From the NCBI GenBank assembly GCA_963702845.1, contig OY969763.1, forward strand, positions 5,344,001 to 5,408,000: a stretch of 64,000 nucleotides of DNA, given 5' to 3'. The position numbers were made by a program, and so were the translations under genes. Source of the stretch: an uncultured Verrucomicrobiae bacterium. GTDB lineage: Bacteria > Verrucomicrobiota > Verrucomicrobiia > Limisphaerales > Palsa-1400. Position 1 is the first letter of the stretch. Each line of letters opens with the position of its first letter. The notes under the pieces were generated by a model. It was given only the letters and a program-made list of their open reading frames with translations. It had not been told where the DNA came from and made no database searches. Positions 50,275 to 60,429 of the stretch are shown here, piece after piece.

Positions 50275-50931
50275 TTAATGGCGAAGCAACACCAATCCCA
50301 TTAACGCGAACCCGACCGCAGCCAGCGGCCAGGTCAGTGCAAAACCAATTTTGCACAGCTCGCCAAAACTCGCATTGGCAGGGAAGAATTGTGTCGGTTG
50401 TTGGGTAGGGACTGATTCAGCGAGTTCGCCGGTCAGCAGGGGAAATTTGATTCGCGCGGAATTCCATTCCATCCGCGCATTTTCCAAGGTCGTCAACGCC
50501 GTCGTCAATTCGGCCTGGTAATTGTCTTGCGACCACGATCCGTCGTTGAGGCAGCGAACCTTGAGGAGCGCTTCGCGGAATCCTTCCAAAGTGCGAGCCA
50601 TCGATTCGGCGTCACGACGCACCCTGAGTTCCTGTTCTTCCAATAACCCGAGGCCGCGGGTGAGGTGCACGACCATTTCTTCTTTGCCGGTTTGGAATTC
50701 AGTCTGGCGGCGGCGCAATTCCTCAAGGCCGGCGCGTTCACGTTCCAATTCTTCCTGCGCGCGTTTGAGTTCGGCGAGCTTGAGCTGTTTCTCGCTGACC
50801 ATCGCTTCGATTTCTTCGCGTGTTGGGGGACGATTCATAGAGCCGGTCGGGACATCGCTCATGGCGGCGAAGCCGGTTTTCTGCGAGTCGAGCAAATCGG
50901 TATCAATAAACTCCGTAGAATCTTTCGGCAT
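50275..50931 (-). CDS. Hypothetical coiled-coil protein with C-terminal TM
   Basis: Long heptad region and a terminal GFALTWPL hydrophobic helix. Confidence 0.75.
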   Translation of the reverse strand: MPKDSTEFIDTDLLDSQKTGFAAMSDVPTGSMNRPPTREEIEAMVSEKQLKLAELKRAQEELERERAGLEELRRRQTEFQTGKEEMVVHLTRGLGLLEEQELRVRRDAESMARTLEGFREALLKVRCLNDGSWSQDNYQAELTTALTTLENARMEWNSARIKFPLLTGELAESVPTQQPTQFFPANASFGELCKIGFALTWPLAAVGFALMGLVLLRH

Positions 50932-51043
50932 GGCCGACTTTAAGACATCTTCGGCGCACGTGTAAAGAATGACGTGATGCATATGTCGATGTCGTGCGAT
51001 TCAGGACAATCCTGATTTGACGTGACAGGTGCTCGGGGTATAA

Positions 51044-51778
<735 letters not shown>

Positions 51779-51793
51779 TTTGAAACGCATCCT

Positions 51794-52354
51794 ATGATGA
51801 CTCCTGACGAAATTCTGTTAGAGGCCGAAGAGAAGATGATTAAAACCGATGAGTTCGTGCAACACGAGTTCACCGGCGTGCGCACGGGAAAGGCTTCCCC
51901 GACGATGGTCGAAAACCTGATGGCGGAAGTTTACGGCTCGCAAATGCGCATCCGCGAACTGGCCGGAATCACCACTCCTGAGCCGCGCATGCTCGTCATT
52001 ACCCCGTGGGACGCTAGCGCGCTGCACGCGATCGAAAAGGCCATTCAAAAAAGCAGCATTGGCATCAATCCCATGATTCATGGCAAAGCGATTCGTTTGA
52101 TTTTGCCCGAGCTCAGCACCGAGCGCCGCCAGGAAATGGTAAAGATGGCGCATAAGATGGCCGAAGACGGCCGCGTCGCCATTCGTCACGTTCGCCGCGA
52201 CGCGATGGAACTCCTTCGCAAAGCCAAAACTGCCGGACTAGCCGAAGACCAGGAAAAAGCCGCCGAAAAAGAAATTCAAAAGCTCACCGATCAGTACATC
52301 GGCAAAATCGACGAGCACTTGAAGCACAAAGAAAAAGAAGTCATGACGGTATAG
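51794..52354 (+). CDS. frr: Ribosome recycling factor
   Basis: RTGKASP, PELSTERR, RVAIRHVRRD, IQKLTD; follows pyrH. Confidence 0.97.
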   Translation: MMTPDEILLEAEEKMIKTDEFVQHEFTGVRTGKASPTMVENLMAEVYGSQMRIRELAGITTPEPRMLVITPWDASALHAIEKAIQKSSIGINPMIHGKAIRLILPELSTERRQEMVKMAHKMAEDGRVAIRHVRRDAMELLRKAKTAGLAEDQEKAAEKEIQKLTDQYIGKIDEHLKHKEKEVMTV

Positions 52355-52396
52355 TCGGAGCGGGTACGGCTTGTCAGCGTTTCAGATCTCGTGCAG

Positions 52397-52708
52397 TCAA
52401 CGCACTGAGGAATTCGTCGCGGGCGGATCGAAGTGCACGACGTTCTCGCCCGGCTTCGCGTAACTGAGCCGCTCGCGAGCGAGGCGCTCGATTGTTTTGG
52501 GATCCTTCAAAGAGCGCAATTGCGAATCGAGCTTTTTTGCGGATTCCGTTTCCTTTTGGATTTTCGAGTCGAGTTCCAGTTTATCCTGGCGCATGCGCTC
52601 GTTTGCTTCGACAACCGGCCGATACCAGAGTGCCATTCCCAAAACTGCCGCAGCCAACAACAGGACGAGCACCACGCGAGTGAGCTTGTCCCAGATGTTG
52701 TCTTTCAT
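52397..52708 (-). CDS. Septum formation initiator FtsB/DivIC family protein
   Basis: Single TM, coiled coil, DP..IERLARERL.Y..PGE motif. Confidence 0.85.
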   Translation of the reverse strand: MKDNIWDKLTRVVLVLLLAAAVLGMALWYRPVVEANERMRQDKLELDSKIQKETESAKKLDSQLRSLKDPKTIERLARERLSYAKPGENVVHFDPPATNSSVR

Positions 52709-52801
52709 GCGCGCAGTTAAACACGCAGGCGGAAAAAACGGAAGTGGAAATCGAGCTTTCCTGTTGACTGAGCCGCACAACCGCGCAGCATTTCAGCATC
52801 C

Positions 52802-53695
52802 ATGAAAACGTTGCAAAAGCTGTTCACGATTCTTGTCCTGTTGACGTGGGGTTCGGCGCTGCACGCGGAAACGAAGTTTAAGCGTAAGCAGGACGTGATC
52901 TACGGTCGCAAATTTGGCACGGCCTTAACGATGGACGTGTTCACACCAGAAAAGCCAAACGGCTACGGCATCATCTGGGTGGTGAGTGGCGGTTGGCTTT
53001 CATCACATGAAGCCATCATGACGAACTATCCCAGTTTCCTTGATCGGGGCTACACCGTGTTCGCTGTCGTTCACGGGTCGCAACCCAAATTTACGATCAC
53101 GGAAATCGTGCCCGACATGATGCGTTCGGTGCGGTTCATTCGGCACAATGCCAAGCGCTATGGTATTCACCCGGACAAAATCGGCGTGAGCGGAGGCAGC
53201 GCCGGTGGTCACCTATCGCTCACGCTTGGGACGCAGGGCGGCCCGGGCGATGCGAACGCAAAAGACCCAGTTGACCGCGAAAGCAGCGCCGTCCAGTGCG
53301 TCGCGTGCTTTTTTCCACCAACCGATTTTATCAACTATGGCAAACCCGACGGCGACGGTGTCGGGTTCGGCATCCTCAAAGGGTTCAAAGCCGCGTTTGG
53401 TCCGGAAGCCGACACCGCGCCGGGCCGTTACAAACTAGGCAAAGCGATTTCGCCGATCTATTTCGTACACTCCAACCAACCGCCGATATTGATCATCCAT
53501 GGTGATGCCGATGATTTGGTGCCGATCCAGCAGGCGCAGACGTTCGTTGAAAAATGCAAACAGACCGGCGACATTGCTAAATTGAGCGTGCGTCCGGGCA
53601 AAGGCCACGGCTGGCCTGATTGGCTCGGGGACATGAAGGAATTTGCTGATTGGTATGACGAGCATCTCCGTGGAATCAAGCCGTCAAATCAATAG
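52802..53695 (+). CDS. Secreted alpha/beta hydrolase (esterase-like)
   Basis: SGGW oxyanion motif, GGSAGGHL nucleophile motif, HGDAD, GHGW. Confidence 0.92.
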   Translation: MKTLQKLFTILVLLTWGSALHAETKFKRKQDVIYGRKFGTALTMDVFTPEKPNGYGIIWVVSGGWLSSHEAIMTNYPSFLDRGYTVFAVVHGSQPKFTITEIVPDMMRSVRFIRHNAKRYGIHPDKIGVSGGSAGGHLSLTLGTQGGPGDANAKDPVDRESSAVQCVACFFPPTDFINYGKPDGDGVGFGILKGFKAAFGPEADTAPGRYKLGKAISPIYFVHSNQPPILIIHGDADDLVPIQQAQTFVEKCKQTGDIAKLSVRPGKGHGWPDWLGDMKEFADWYDEHLRGIKPSNQ

Positions 53696-53767
53696 CGGTG
53701 CTGTCAGACATAACACTTCCGCAAAACATCAGGTTGCAACTCTCCGGATTTCCGGTAAATTGTAGGC

Positions 53768-53971
53768 ATGGATTGGCAGCAGCTCATCGCGCTGATCATT
53801 GTTGCTGGCACGGCTGGCATCTTTGTTTGGTCAAAAATCCGTCGGCGTCAGTTGGCCTTCGGTGGCGACACGCATTGTGGATGCTCTTCCACTGCCGCTC
53901 CTTATAAGTCATTGACCATCTGCTCGCGCCGTGGGGAACGTCCGAGGGTCACTATCCAAAACAACCATTAG
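53768..53971 (+). CDS. Small membrane protein resembling FeoB-associated Cys-rich peptides
   Basis: MDWQ plus a TM helix, followed by HCGC. Confidence 0.55.
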   Translation: MDWQQLIALIIVAGTAGIFVWSKIRRRQLAFGGDTHCGCSSTAAPYKSLTICSRRGERPRVTIQNNH

Positions 53972-54029
53972 GTCGCATGCCAGCGCTAGCATCATCACCT
54001 CGTCGTAATACCCTCTACGTCTAACAGCC

Positions 54030-54434
54030 ATGCAAAAAACCAGTTCAACATTGCAGTTTGCCCGGCGCCGTTTGTCAGGGCTTAACCTCCAAACCGATGC
54101 GCATTGGGTTCCAAACACCGATGTTTATGTCACCGAAACCGGAGTCGTCATCAAAGTGGAATTGGCCGGAATGCAGCGCGAGAACCTGCAACTGAACATC
54201 GAGGGCAATCGCCTCAAAATCAGCGGTAATCGTCCCGATGGTTGCCGGACCTCCTCAAAGTGCAAGTTTCTGGTGATGGAAATTAACTACGGTACTTTCG
54301 AAAGTGTTATCGAACTTCCCGCGGGCTACGACCTCTGCCAGGCCAAAGCCACTTATCAAAACGGCTTCCTTCGTATCGATGTCCCGGTGTTGGCGAAATC
54401 CAATCGCCCGCTGACCGTGACGGTCGAGGGTTAA
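54030..54434 (+). CDS. Hsp20/alpha-crystallin small heat shock protein
   Basis: W.PNTDVY, ELAG, L.ISG.R, EI.YG.FE, A.YQNGFL.I. Confidence 0.92.
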   Translation: MQKTSSTLQFARRRLSGLNLQTDAHWVPNTDVYVTETGVVIKVELAGMQRENLQLNIEGNRLKISGNRPDGCRTSSKCKFLVMEINYGTFESVIELPAGYDLCQAKATYQNGFLRIDVPVLAKSNRPLTVTVEG

Positions 54435-55327
54435 TCCGCAGGCTCTTTGCTCATCTCCTGCGCGGATTGAAGGAATTTTTCCGCTGCTGCCGACATTGGC
54501 TTCTTCGGCCAATACGCTCCAATAATCACTGGGTGTAATACTGGTGAAAACGGTATAAACTTTAAGCGCCACCCCGCCGTGCATTTTAGCGAATTGGGCA
54601 CCACAGCTACGCCTGCGCCGGATTCAATCGCCGCGATCAAACTACTCATGCTGTCGTGTTCCTCGACTATTCGTGGTTTGATTTTTGAGCTGGCAAAAAG
54701 ACTCATCACCATTTTGTAAGCTTCCGGATAATCCTTGCGGCTGTAACTGACGAGCGGCTCGCGGACGGCCTGATCGAGTGTAACACTACGGTTCCTGGCC
54801 AATTTGTGTTTCGGCGGCACCGCCAATAACAAAGTTTCACGCGTCAGTTCCACGAAATTAAATTCCCGGATGATCCGCGAGTCCACGCGGACCGTCAGCG
54901 CCAATTGCAATTTACCGCTACGCAAGTCAGCGAGCATTTCTTCGGTGGAACAATCGTGCAGTTTGACGCGGACTTTCGGCATTGCTGATTGAAACGCGCG
55001 CAACGCCTGCGGCAAAAACCGCGCTGTGAGGGAGGGGGCATAACCGACATGCAATTCACCGCTGCCAGCCGAAACCGCCCGCGCATTCTTCACCGCGTCA
55101 TCCGCTCTTTGCAAAACAGCGCGGGATTCCTTGAGAAAAACATTTCCGGCAGCGGTGAGCTTCAGCGATTTTGCCGTACGCTGAAACAAATCAAAACCAA
55201 TCTCCTCTTCCAAATCACGAATCTGCCGGCTGATCCCCGGTTGTGAAACGTGCAACTTCAAGGCCGCGCGCGAGACATTTTCCTCTTCGGCCGCGGCGAT
55301 GAAATATCGGAGATGACGCAGTTCCAT
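54431..55327 (-). CDS. LysR family transcriptional regulator
   Basis: MELRHLRYF, SRAA..LHVSQP..SRQIRDLE. Confidence 0.97.
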   Translation of the reverse strand: MELRHLRYFIAAAEEENVSRAALKLHVSQPGISRQIRDLEEEIGFDLFQRTAKSLKLTAAGNVFLKESRAVLQRADDAVKNARAVSAGSGELHVGYAPSLTARFLPQALRAFQSAMPKVRVKLHDCSTEEMLADLRSGKLQLALTVRVDSRIIREFNFVELTRETLLLAVPPKHKLARNRSVTLDQAVREPLVSYSRKDYPEAYKMVMSLFASSKIKPRIVEEHDSMSSLIAAIESGAGVAVVPNSLKCTAGWRLKFIPFSPVLHPVIIGAYWPKKPMSAAAEKFLQSAQEMSKEPAD

Positions 55328-55337
55328 TCAGGTGAGC

Positions 55338-55358
55338 AGCATAACCAATGGTTATGCT
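55338..55358. promoter_or_regulatory. LysR operator (perfect palindrome containing T-N11-A)
   Basis: AGCATAACCA-A-TGGTTATGCT between the divergent LysR and pirin genes. Confidence 0.8.
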
Positions 55359-55413
55359 AAGGCAAGAATCATGGTCTTTCTCAACTACACCCTCAGTGTG
55401 CGACCCTATCTCC

Positions 55414-56106
55414 ATGATGAATATTCGAAAATCAAATGAACGAGGCCACGCCGAACATGGTTGGCTCGACTCCTATCACACATTCAGTTTTGCGGATTAC
55501 TACGATCCCAAATGGATGGGCTATCGTACGTTGCGCGTTATCAACGACGACCTCGTCATGCCTGGCCAGGGCTTCGGCATGCATCCGCATCGTGACATGG
55601 AAATCGTTACCTACATCCTGAGCGGGGCACTGCAGCACAAAGACTCCATGGGCAATGGCCGTGTCATCCGGCCCGGCGACTTCCAATATATGTCGGCCGG
55701 CACCGGCGTGTTGCACAGCGAATTCAATCCGTCGACGGAGGAAGCTGTGCGCCTGTTGCAAATCTGGATCATGCCCGACGAAAAAGGTGTGAAACCGGGC
55801 TATGCCGAAAAATCGTTCGCCAAAGCGCCCGCTGGTTTCTACCTCGTTACGAGCAAGACCGGACGCGATGGATCGATCGGCGTCCATCAGGATGCGGACC
55901 TCTGGTTGGCCAAGTTCGACGGGACCAATCACGTGAGCCACAAACTCGCGCCCGGCCGCAACGCCTGGGTCCACGTCGCTGAAGGTGAAGTCACCATCAA
56001 TGGTAAGAAACTGTCCGTTGGCGATGCCGCAGCGGTCACCGACGAGAAAGCAATCGAACTGAGTGCCAACAAACCCGCACAGGTTCTCTTGTTCGATTTG
56101 AACTGA
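55414..56106 (+). CDS. Pirin family protein (YhhW-like)
   Basis: HGWLDSYHTFSFA.YYDP, LRVINDD, GFGMHPHRDMEI, MSAGTGV.HSE. Confidence 0.96.
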   Translation: MMNIRKSNERGHAEHGWLDSYHTFSFADYYDPKWMGYRTLRVINDDLVMPGQGFGMHPHRDMEIVTYILSGALQHKDSMGNGRVIRPGDFQYMSAGTGVLHSEFNPSTEEAVRLLQIWIMPDEKGVKPGYAEKSFAKAPAGFYLVTSKTGRDGSIGVHQDADLWLAKFDGTNHVSHKLAPGRNAWVHVAEGEVTINGKKLSVGDAAAVTDEKAIELSANKPAQVLLFDLN

Positions 56107-56112
56107 AACAAC

Positions 56113-56142
56113 AACGCCGCGTTCCGAAAGGAGCGCGGCGTT
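56113..56142 (+). other. Strong intergenic hairpin with GAAA loop and no U-tract
   Basis: AACGCCGCGTTCC-GAAA-GGAGCGCGGCGTT. Confidence 0.6.
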
Positions 56143-56179
56143 AAACCAACTAAAACTAATTAATCACAAACCAAAACAT

Positions 56180-56932
56180 ATGAATACCAATACAAATAAA
56201 CTTGCAGGCAAGGTCGCTCTCGTCACCGGCGGTTCGCGCAGCATTGGTGCGGCGATCGTAAAACGGCTCGCGTCCGACGGTGCTGCTGTAGCATTCACTT
56301 ACAGTTCTTCCAAGGCCAAGGCCGATGAAGTTGTGACCCAAATTCAATCCGCTGGTGGTAAAGCGATCGCGATTGAGGCCGATTCCGGTAATGAGGCAGC
56401 CGTGCGCGCCGCCGTAAAAGAGACCGTCAAAACCTTTGGCGCTTTGGATATCCTGGTCAACAACGCCGGCGCGTTGGCAATCGCGCCAATCGACCAATTT
56501 AAAACCGAAGACTTCGACAAACTCATCGCCGTCAACGTGCGCGGTGTCTTCATTGCCATTCAGGAATCGTCACAGCATCTTCGCGATGGCGGGCGCATTA
56601 TCAACATCGGCAGCACTAACAGCGACCGTATGCCTTTCGCCGGCGGTTCTGTTTACGCCCTTACAAAAGGTGCAATCGCCGCTTTCACCAAGGGCCTTGC
56701 GCGCGACCTTGGCGCGCGTGCAATCACAGTCAACAACGTTCAGCCCGGTCCGGTCGACACAGACATGAACCCTGCAACAACCGATTTTGCCAAAGCCACC
56801 CTTCCGCTGCTGGCTGTCGGCCGCTACGGACGCACCGAAGAAATCGCCAGTTTCGTTGCGTATCTTGCCAGTCCCGAAGCGAGCTACATCACCGGCGCGA
56901 GTCTTACTGCCGACGGTGGCTACTCAGCGTAA
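56180..56932 (+). CDS. Short-chain dehydrogenase/reductase
   Basis: TGGSRSIG, NNAG, YALTK (YxxxK), PGPVDT. Confidence 0.95.
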   Translation: MNTNTNKLAGKVALVTGGSRSIGAAIVKRLASDGAAVAFTYSSSKAKADEVVTQIQSAGGKAIAIEADSGNEAAVRAAVKETVKTFGALDILVNNAGALAIAPIDQFKTEDFDKLIAVNVRGVFIAIQESSQHLRDGGRIINIGSTNSDRMPFAGGSVYALTKGAIAAFTKGLARDLGARAITVNNVQPGPVDTDMNPATTDFAKATLPLLAVGRYGRTEEIASFVAYLASPEASYITGASLTADGGYSA

Positions 56933-56981
56933 CTCTCCATCACCTGAACTCTGAAGTACAATAATAACCACAGACCATCCA

Positions 56982-57479
56982 ATGAAACCAAACATCCTTA
57001 AAACGAACGACACCACGCTCCCCACCATTGCCCGCTTAACGCTAGGCATAGTCATGTTCCCACACGGTGCTCAAAAAGTCCTCGGCTGGTTTGGCGGCTA
57101 CGGCTTTAGCGGCACGATGAACTTCTTCACCGGCCAGATGCACATCCCGGCGGCGTTCGCCTTTCTCGCCATTGCCGCTGAATTTGCTGGTTCACTTGGC
57201 CTGATAACCGGCTTCCTCTCGCGCATCGCTGCATTCGGAATCGCAATGAACATGATTGTTGCTGTCGTGATGGTTCATGCCGGGAACGGGTTTTTCATGA
57301 ACTGGTTCGGCAACCAAAAAGGCGAAGGCATCGAATATCACATCCTCGCAATCGGACTCGCCTTGATCGTCATGAGTGCGGGCGCCGGAAAACTCTCCGT
57401 CGACCGAGCCCTGACCGCCGAAAAGCAGCCGCATAACGCCCTTTCAAAAACCCAGTCTGTCCCTGTTGCCAATTCTTGA
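56982..57479 (+). CDS. DoxX family membrane protein
   Basis: HGAQK..GWFGG.G, EF.G, GEGIEYH, GAGKLSVD. Confidence 0.93.
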   Translation: MKPNILKTNDTTLPTIARLTLGIVMFPHGAQKVLGWFGGYGFSGTMNFFTGQMHIPAAFAFLAIAAEFAGSLGLITGFLSRIAAFGIAMNMIVAVVMVHAGNGFFMNWFGNQKGEGIEYHILAIGLALIVMSAGAGKLSVDRALTAEKQPHNALSKTQSVPVANS

Positions 57480-57518
57480 CTTTAACGGGTGAACCTTGGA
57501 CATTACCACGCTCTGGTC

Positions 57519-57604
57519 GGTAGGTTACCCAAGTGGCCAACGGGGGCAGACTGTAAATCTGCTGGCTTACGCCTTCGATGGTTCGAATCCATCACCTACC
57601 ACCA
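57519..57604 (+). tRNA. tRNA-Tyr (GTA)
   Basis: Acceptor stem GGTAGGT/ACCTACC plus ACCA; anticodon arm GCAGA-CTGTAAA-TCTGC; long variable arm; T arm GATGG-TTCGAAT-CCATC. Confidence 0.97.
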
Positions 57605-57666
57605 TCTTTTCTTTTTGAGCGCGAAGCCTTGTGCGCCTTCTTTTGTGGGTCCCTTTTCACTTTGAT

Positions 57667-58785
57667 TTAACTAGCCAGCAATTCGCTGAGATGCGACATC
57701 GTCGGGACGCGGTCACTGATAACTTTGATTGATACCAGGATCGGGACGGACAGGAGCGCACCAGGAATTCCCCAGAGCGCTGTCCAAAAAATCAGCGAGA
57801 CGAAGATGACGACGGGATTAAGAGTGAACCGGCGCCCAAGCAGGATGGGCGTAATCAAGTTTGATTCAAGTAGATGGAGTAGTAAATACCAAGCGGGTGG
57901 AAGCAGGGCTTGCCACAAGGATGTTTCGAATGTGAGGAGACCGACCGCTGCCAGCAGAAGCACCCCAGCGACCGGACCGAAGTAGGGGACGAAGTTGAAG
58001 GACGCCACCAAAATGCCCCAAAGCGCGGCGTTGGGGACGCCAGCGAAATAAAGGCCGGCGCTGACTGCGATGCCGAGGCCGACGTTGATAAGGGTGATAG
58101 AGAAAAAATAATTGGAAATGCTCTGCTGAATCTCGTGACTGATCTCAACGGCGTTTTTCTTGTTGCTCAATGTCGGCATCATCCGCACGAGCTTCTGCAA
58201 AAACAAATCGCCGGAAGCGAGCAGGAGATAGAGCAGCACCAGTGTTTCGCCGATTCCTATCATAAACGTCTCGGTCCAATTCAGAAACGAAGTCGGGGCA
58301 GAAGTATTCTTGAGCTGGACGGTCGGCGTTTTCTTTTGTTCCGCTTTTTTTTCGGCCTCGGTAGCTCCGAGATTGCTTACGGCGGCGGCGGCATCGCTGA
58401 AGCGCGCGCTGGGTGGGAGAATTTTTTGGACGCGTTGGCGCAGGTCTGTCATGTGTTGTGGCGCGTCGTTGATCCAGGCGACGGCAGGATGGCCGAGTTT
58501 GTAAAAACCAAATCCGGCGGCCGCAACGACGCAACTAAGCACGATCGCCGCCGAGAGCGCAGGGGGAATGTGACAGTAAGACATCCAGCGGATCACTGGT
58601 TTCAAAGTCATTGCCGCTACACAAGCCAGGAAGATCGGCAACATGACAGGGCGCGCGAGATAAAGCAGAGGAATCGCGCCAAGCAAAAGCAAGACGACTT
58701 GCAGCGACGGGGCTTTGGTCGGGACAAAAGGTGCGACAACGGCTTCCTCTTTTGCGTCAGCCAGCGGGATTATTTCTGCATTCAT
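57667..58785 (-). CDS. AI-2E family transporter
   Basis: NFVPYFGP, ESNLITP...G...LNP, WGIPGALLSVP. Confidence 0.93.
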   Translation of the reverse strand: MNAEIIPLADAKEEAVVAPFVPTKAPSLQVVLLLLGAIPLLYLARPVMLPIFLACVAAMTLKPVIRWMSYCHIPPALSAAIVLSCVVAAAGFGFYKLGHPAVAWINDAPQHMTDLRQRVQKILPPSARFSDAAAAVSNLGATEAEKKAEQKKTPTVQLKNTSAPTSFLNWTETFMIGIGETLVLLYLLLASGDLFLQKLVRMMPTLSNKKNAVEISHEIQQSISNYFFSITLINVGLGIAVSAGLYFAGVPNAALWGILVASFNFVPYFGPVAGVLLLAAVGLLTFETSLWQALLPPAWYLLLHLLESNLITPILLGRRFTLNPVVIFVSLIFWTALWGIPGALLSVPILVSIKVISDRVPTMSHLSELLAS

Positions 58786-58791
58786 AAGAAA

Positions 58792-59097
58792 TCACGGGCG
58801 ACGTGACCGGTAGGCGAGCCAGACGGATCCGGCCAACTTCGCGCCTTTGAAAATTGTGTTGAGCCACGATGATTTGCCGGTGGACGGTTCGGGATTGCGA
58901 AGTGGAAATGCGGACACGAGCAACGTCGCTGCTGAAGCGAGTGAGCCGACAGACTTGACGCGATCGGTCAAAGTGCGGACGCCGTTGGAAATTTCCTGCC
59001 ATTCGTCGAGCATTTCGGCGCGGTTGATTTCGCTTTCCGCGATCAAAAGTTGTTTGCGCGTCTGCAGCGGATTTACTCGAGGTTTTGTTCCAAACAT
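58792..59097 (-). CDS. YqjK-like small protein
   Basis: RKQLLIAESEINR; sits after the YqjE-like gene. Confidence 0.65.
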   Translation of the reverse strand: MFGTKPRVNPLQTRKQLLIAESEINRAEMLDEWQEISNGVRTLTDRVKSVGSLASAATLLVSAFPLRNPEPSTGKSSWLNTIFKGAKLAGSVWLAYRSRRP

Positions 59098-59462
59098 GCG
59101 CGGTCCTTTCTGAGTTGGTCGAGCGTAGCCGGAAGGTTTTGCCAATCGCGCAGCAGCACGCTCAGACGGTGATAGAGAAAACCGGCAGCCGCAGCATAAA
59201 AGACGATCAGGGCCAGGAGCACTGACACGGGCGACTGGTTCCAAAACAAAACTACAATCAGCGCGGTGAAGGCCACCCCGGCAAGGAGACCCATGGCCGC
59301 TGCGGCGAGCGCCAGCAAAATTGCGCGCACAAGGCGTTCGCGTTCTTCCTGGACTTCGACCATCAACAATTCGATGCGGTTCTCGCCGATGGTGAGCAGG
59401 CGCCGCGCGAATTGCTTCGACGCAGCGCCGAGTTGACCGAAACTGACGGTGGTTTCCTCCAT
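59073..59462 (-). CDS. YqjE-like (phage holin superfamily III) membrane protein
   Basis: NRIELL.VE.QEE, two TM segments, T..QL.KDR. Confidence 0.85.
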   Translation of the reverse strand: MEETTVSFGQLGAASKQFARRLLTIGENRIELLMVEVQEERERLVRAILLALAAAAMGLLAGVAFTALIVVLFWNQSPVSVLLALIVFYAAAAGFLYHRLSVLLRDWQNLPATLDQLRKDRACLEQNLE

Positions 59463-59466
59463 ACGA

Positions 59467-59772
59467 TCAATCCTTTGCGCGAACAACGGCGCGCGATGCA
59501 GGAAACCGAGAATGGCTCCGACGCCGACGCCGATGGCGATCGCTTGATAAGGATTTTCGCGCACGGTTTTATCGGCGGCTTTTGCTCCTTCAACCGCTTT
59601 GTCGCGAACGTCGCCATAAATTTCTTTGCCGCGTTCGAGCGCAACTGACGAGGCGCTTGCGAGCGTCGTTGACTTTTTCTCCGGCGACATCAGCGGTGGC
59701 AGACATCAAGGCACGCGCGTCTTCGGCCAACTGGCCCATGTCGTTACTGATAGTTTGTGTTTGTTTGTTCAT
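59467..59772 (-). CDS. DUF883 (ElaB/YqjD) family protein, frameshifted
   Basis: N-terminus L..DA..L..AT in 59590..59772; C-terminus D..VRENPYQAIAIG.GVG in the 59073..59690 frame. Confidence 0.82.
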
Positions 59773-59859
59773 ATTTTTGAAAATGGTTTAGCTTCGGAGC
59801 CGCAAAATTTTCGCGACTCTGACTGGCAGCAGGGTAGGCATAGCCACGGAGATTCACTA

Positions 59860-59875
59860 TGGGGTGTACACCCCA
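59860..59875. promoter_or_regulatory. Perfect 16-bp palindrome upstream of the DUF883 operon
   Basis: TGGGGTGTACACCCCA. Confidence 0.55.
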
Positions 59876-59915
59876 GCCGAAGACATTTGGGTCGTTCGTT
59901 TGATGGAGTAGTGAG

Positions 59916-59944
59916 ACGGACGACGCAGCGCGATCGTCCCTACC
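59916..59944 (-). repeat. REP-like hairpin, copy 1 (GTAG type)
   Basis: Minus strand reads GGTAG-GGACGA-TCGCGCTGCG-TCGTCC-GT. Confidence 0.75.
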
Positions 59945-60096
59945 TTTCATAAAAGCGGTTCGGTGTAGTCGCATGTAAAAATGACCGAATGTGACCATTT
60001 TTGAAAAATGATGGTTGAGAGCCGTTCAGTGTTCTGATCACTGAATCGCACCAAGTGGCACTAAACGGCACCGAATGGCACCGAAAAATGTTTTAC

Positions 60097-60145
60097 TGAC
60101 GAGTGACGAGTGACGAGTGACGAGTGACGAGTGACGAGTGACGAG
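60097..60145. repeat. Tandem heptamer repeat (TGACGAG)x7
   Basis: Seven perfect units read directly from the sequence. Confidence 0.97.
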
Positions 60146-60206
60146 TGATCAGCAACGGCCCGTGGGAAGAGACCGCCCGCGCTTGCCTTTTTCCGGATTG
60201 GCAGAC

Positions 60207-60286
60207 ACCGCAGTGAACCGCACTGAACCGCACTGAACCGCACTGAACCGCACTGAACCGCACTGAACCGCACTGAACCGCACTGA
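60207..60286. repeat. Tandem decamer repeat (ACCGCACTGA)x8
   Basis: First unit is ACCGCAGTGA, followed by seven perfect units. Confidence 0.97.
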
Positions 60287-60429
60287 ATTTGCGAAAATTT
60301 CACACCTTTCGGTTTCGTTGCGCGCATGATCTTGGTTCGGCTGCCGGCAAGTAGCGCGGCTTGTTGATGGTTGATTGTCGACATGTTGGTGGATTTCACT
60401 TTTGTTCGCGTTTAACTTTGTCAGTGACT

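Noticed and set aside
59073..59690. Apparent DUF883-holin fusion ORF
   Set aside because: Frameshifts near the DUF883 ends join two normally separate yqjD/yqjE-like genes. The holin-family label does not imply a prophage.
60097..60286. Possible CRISPR array
   Set aside because: The units are 7 and 10 bp, head to tail, with no spacers, and no cas genes are present.
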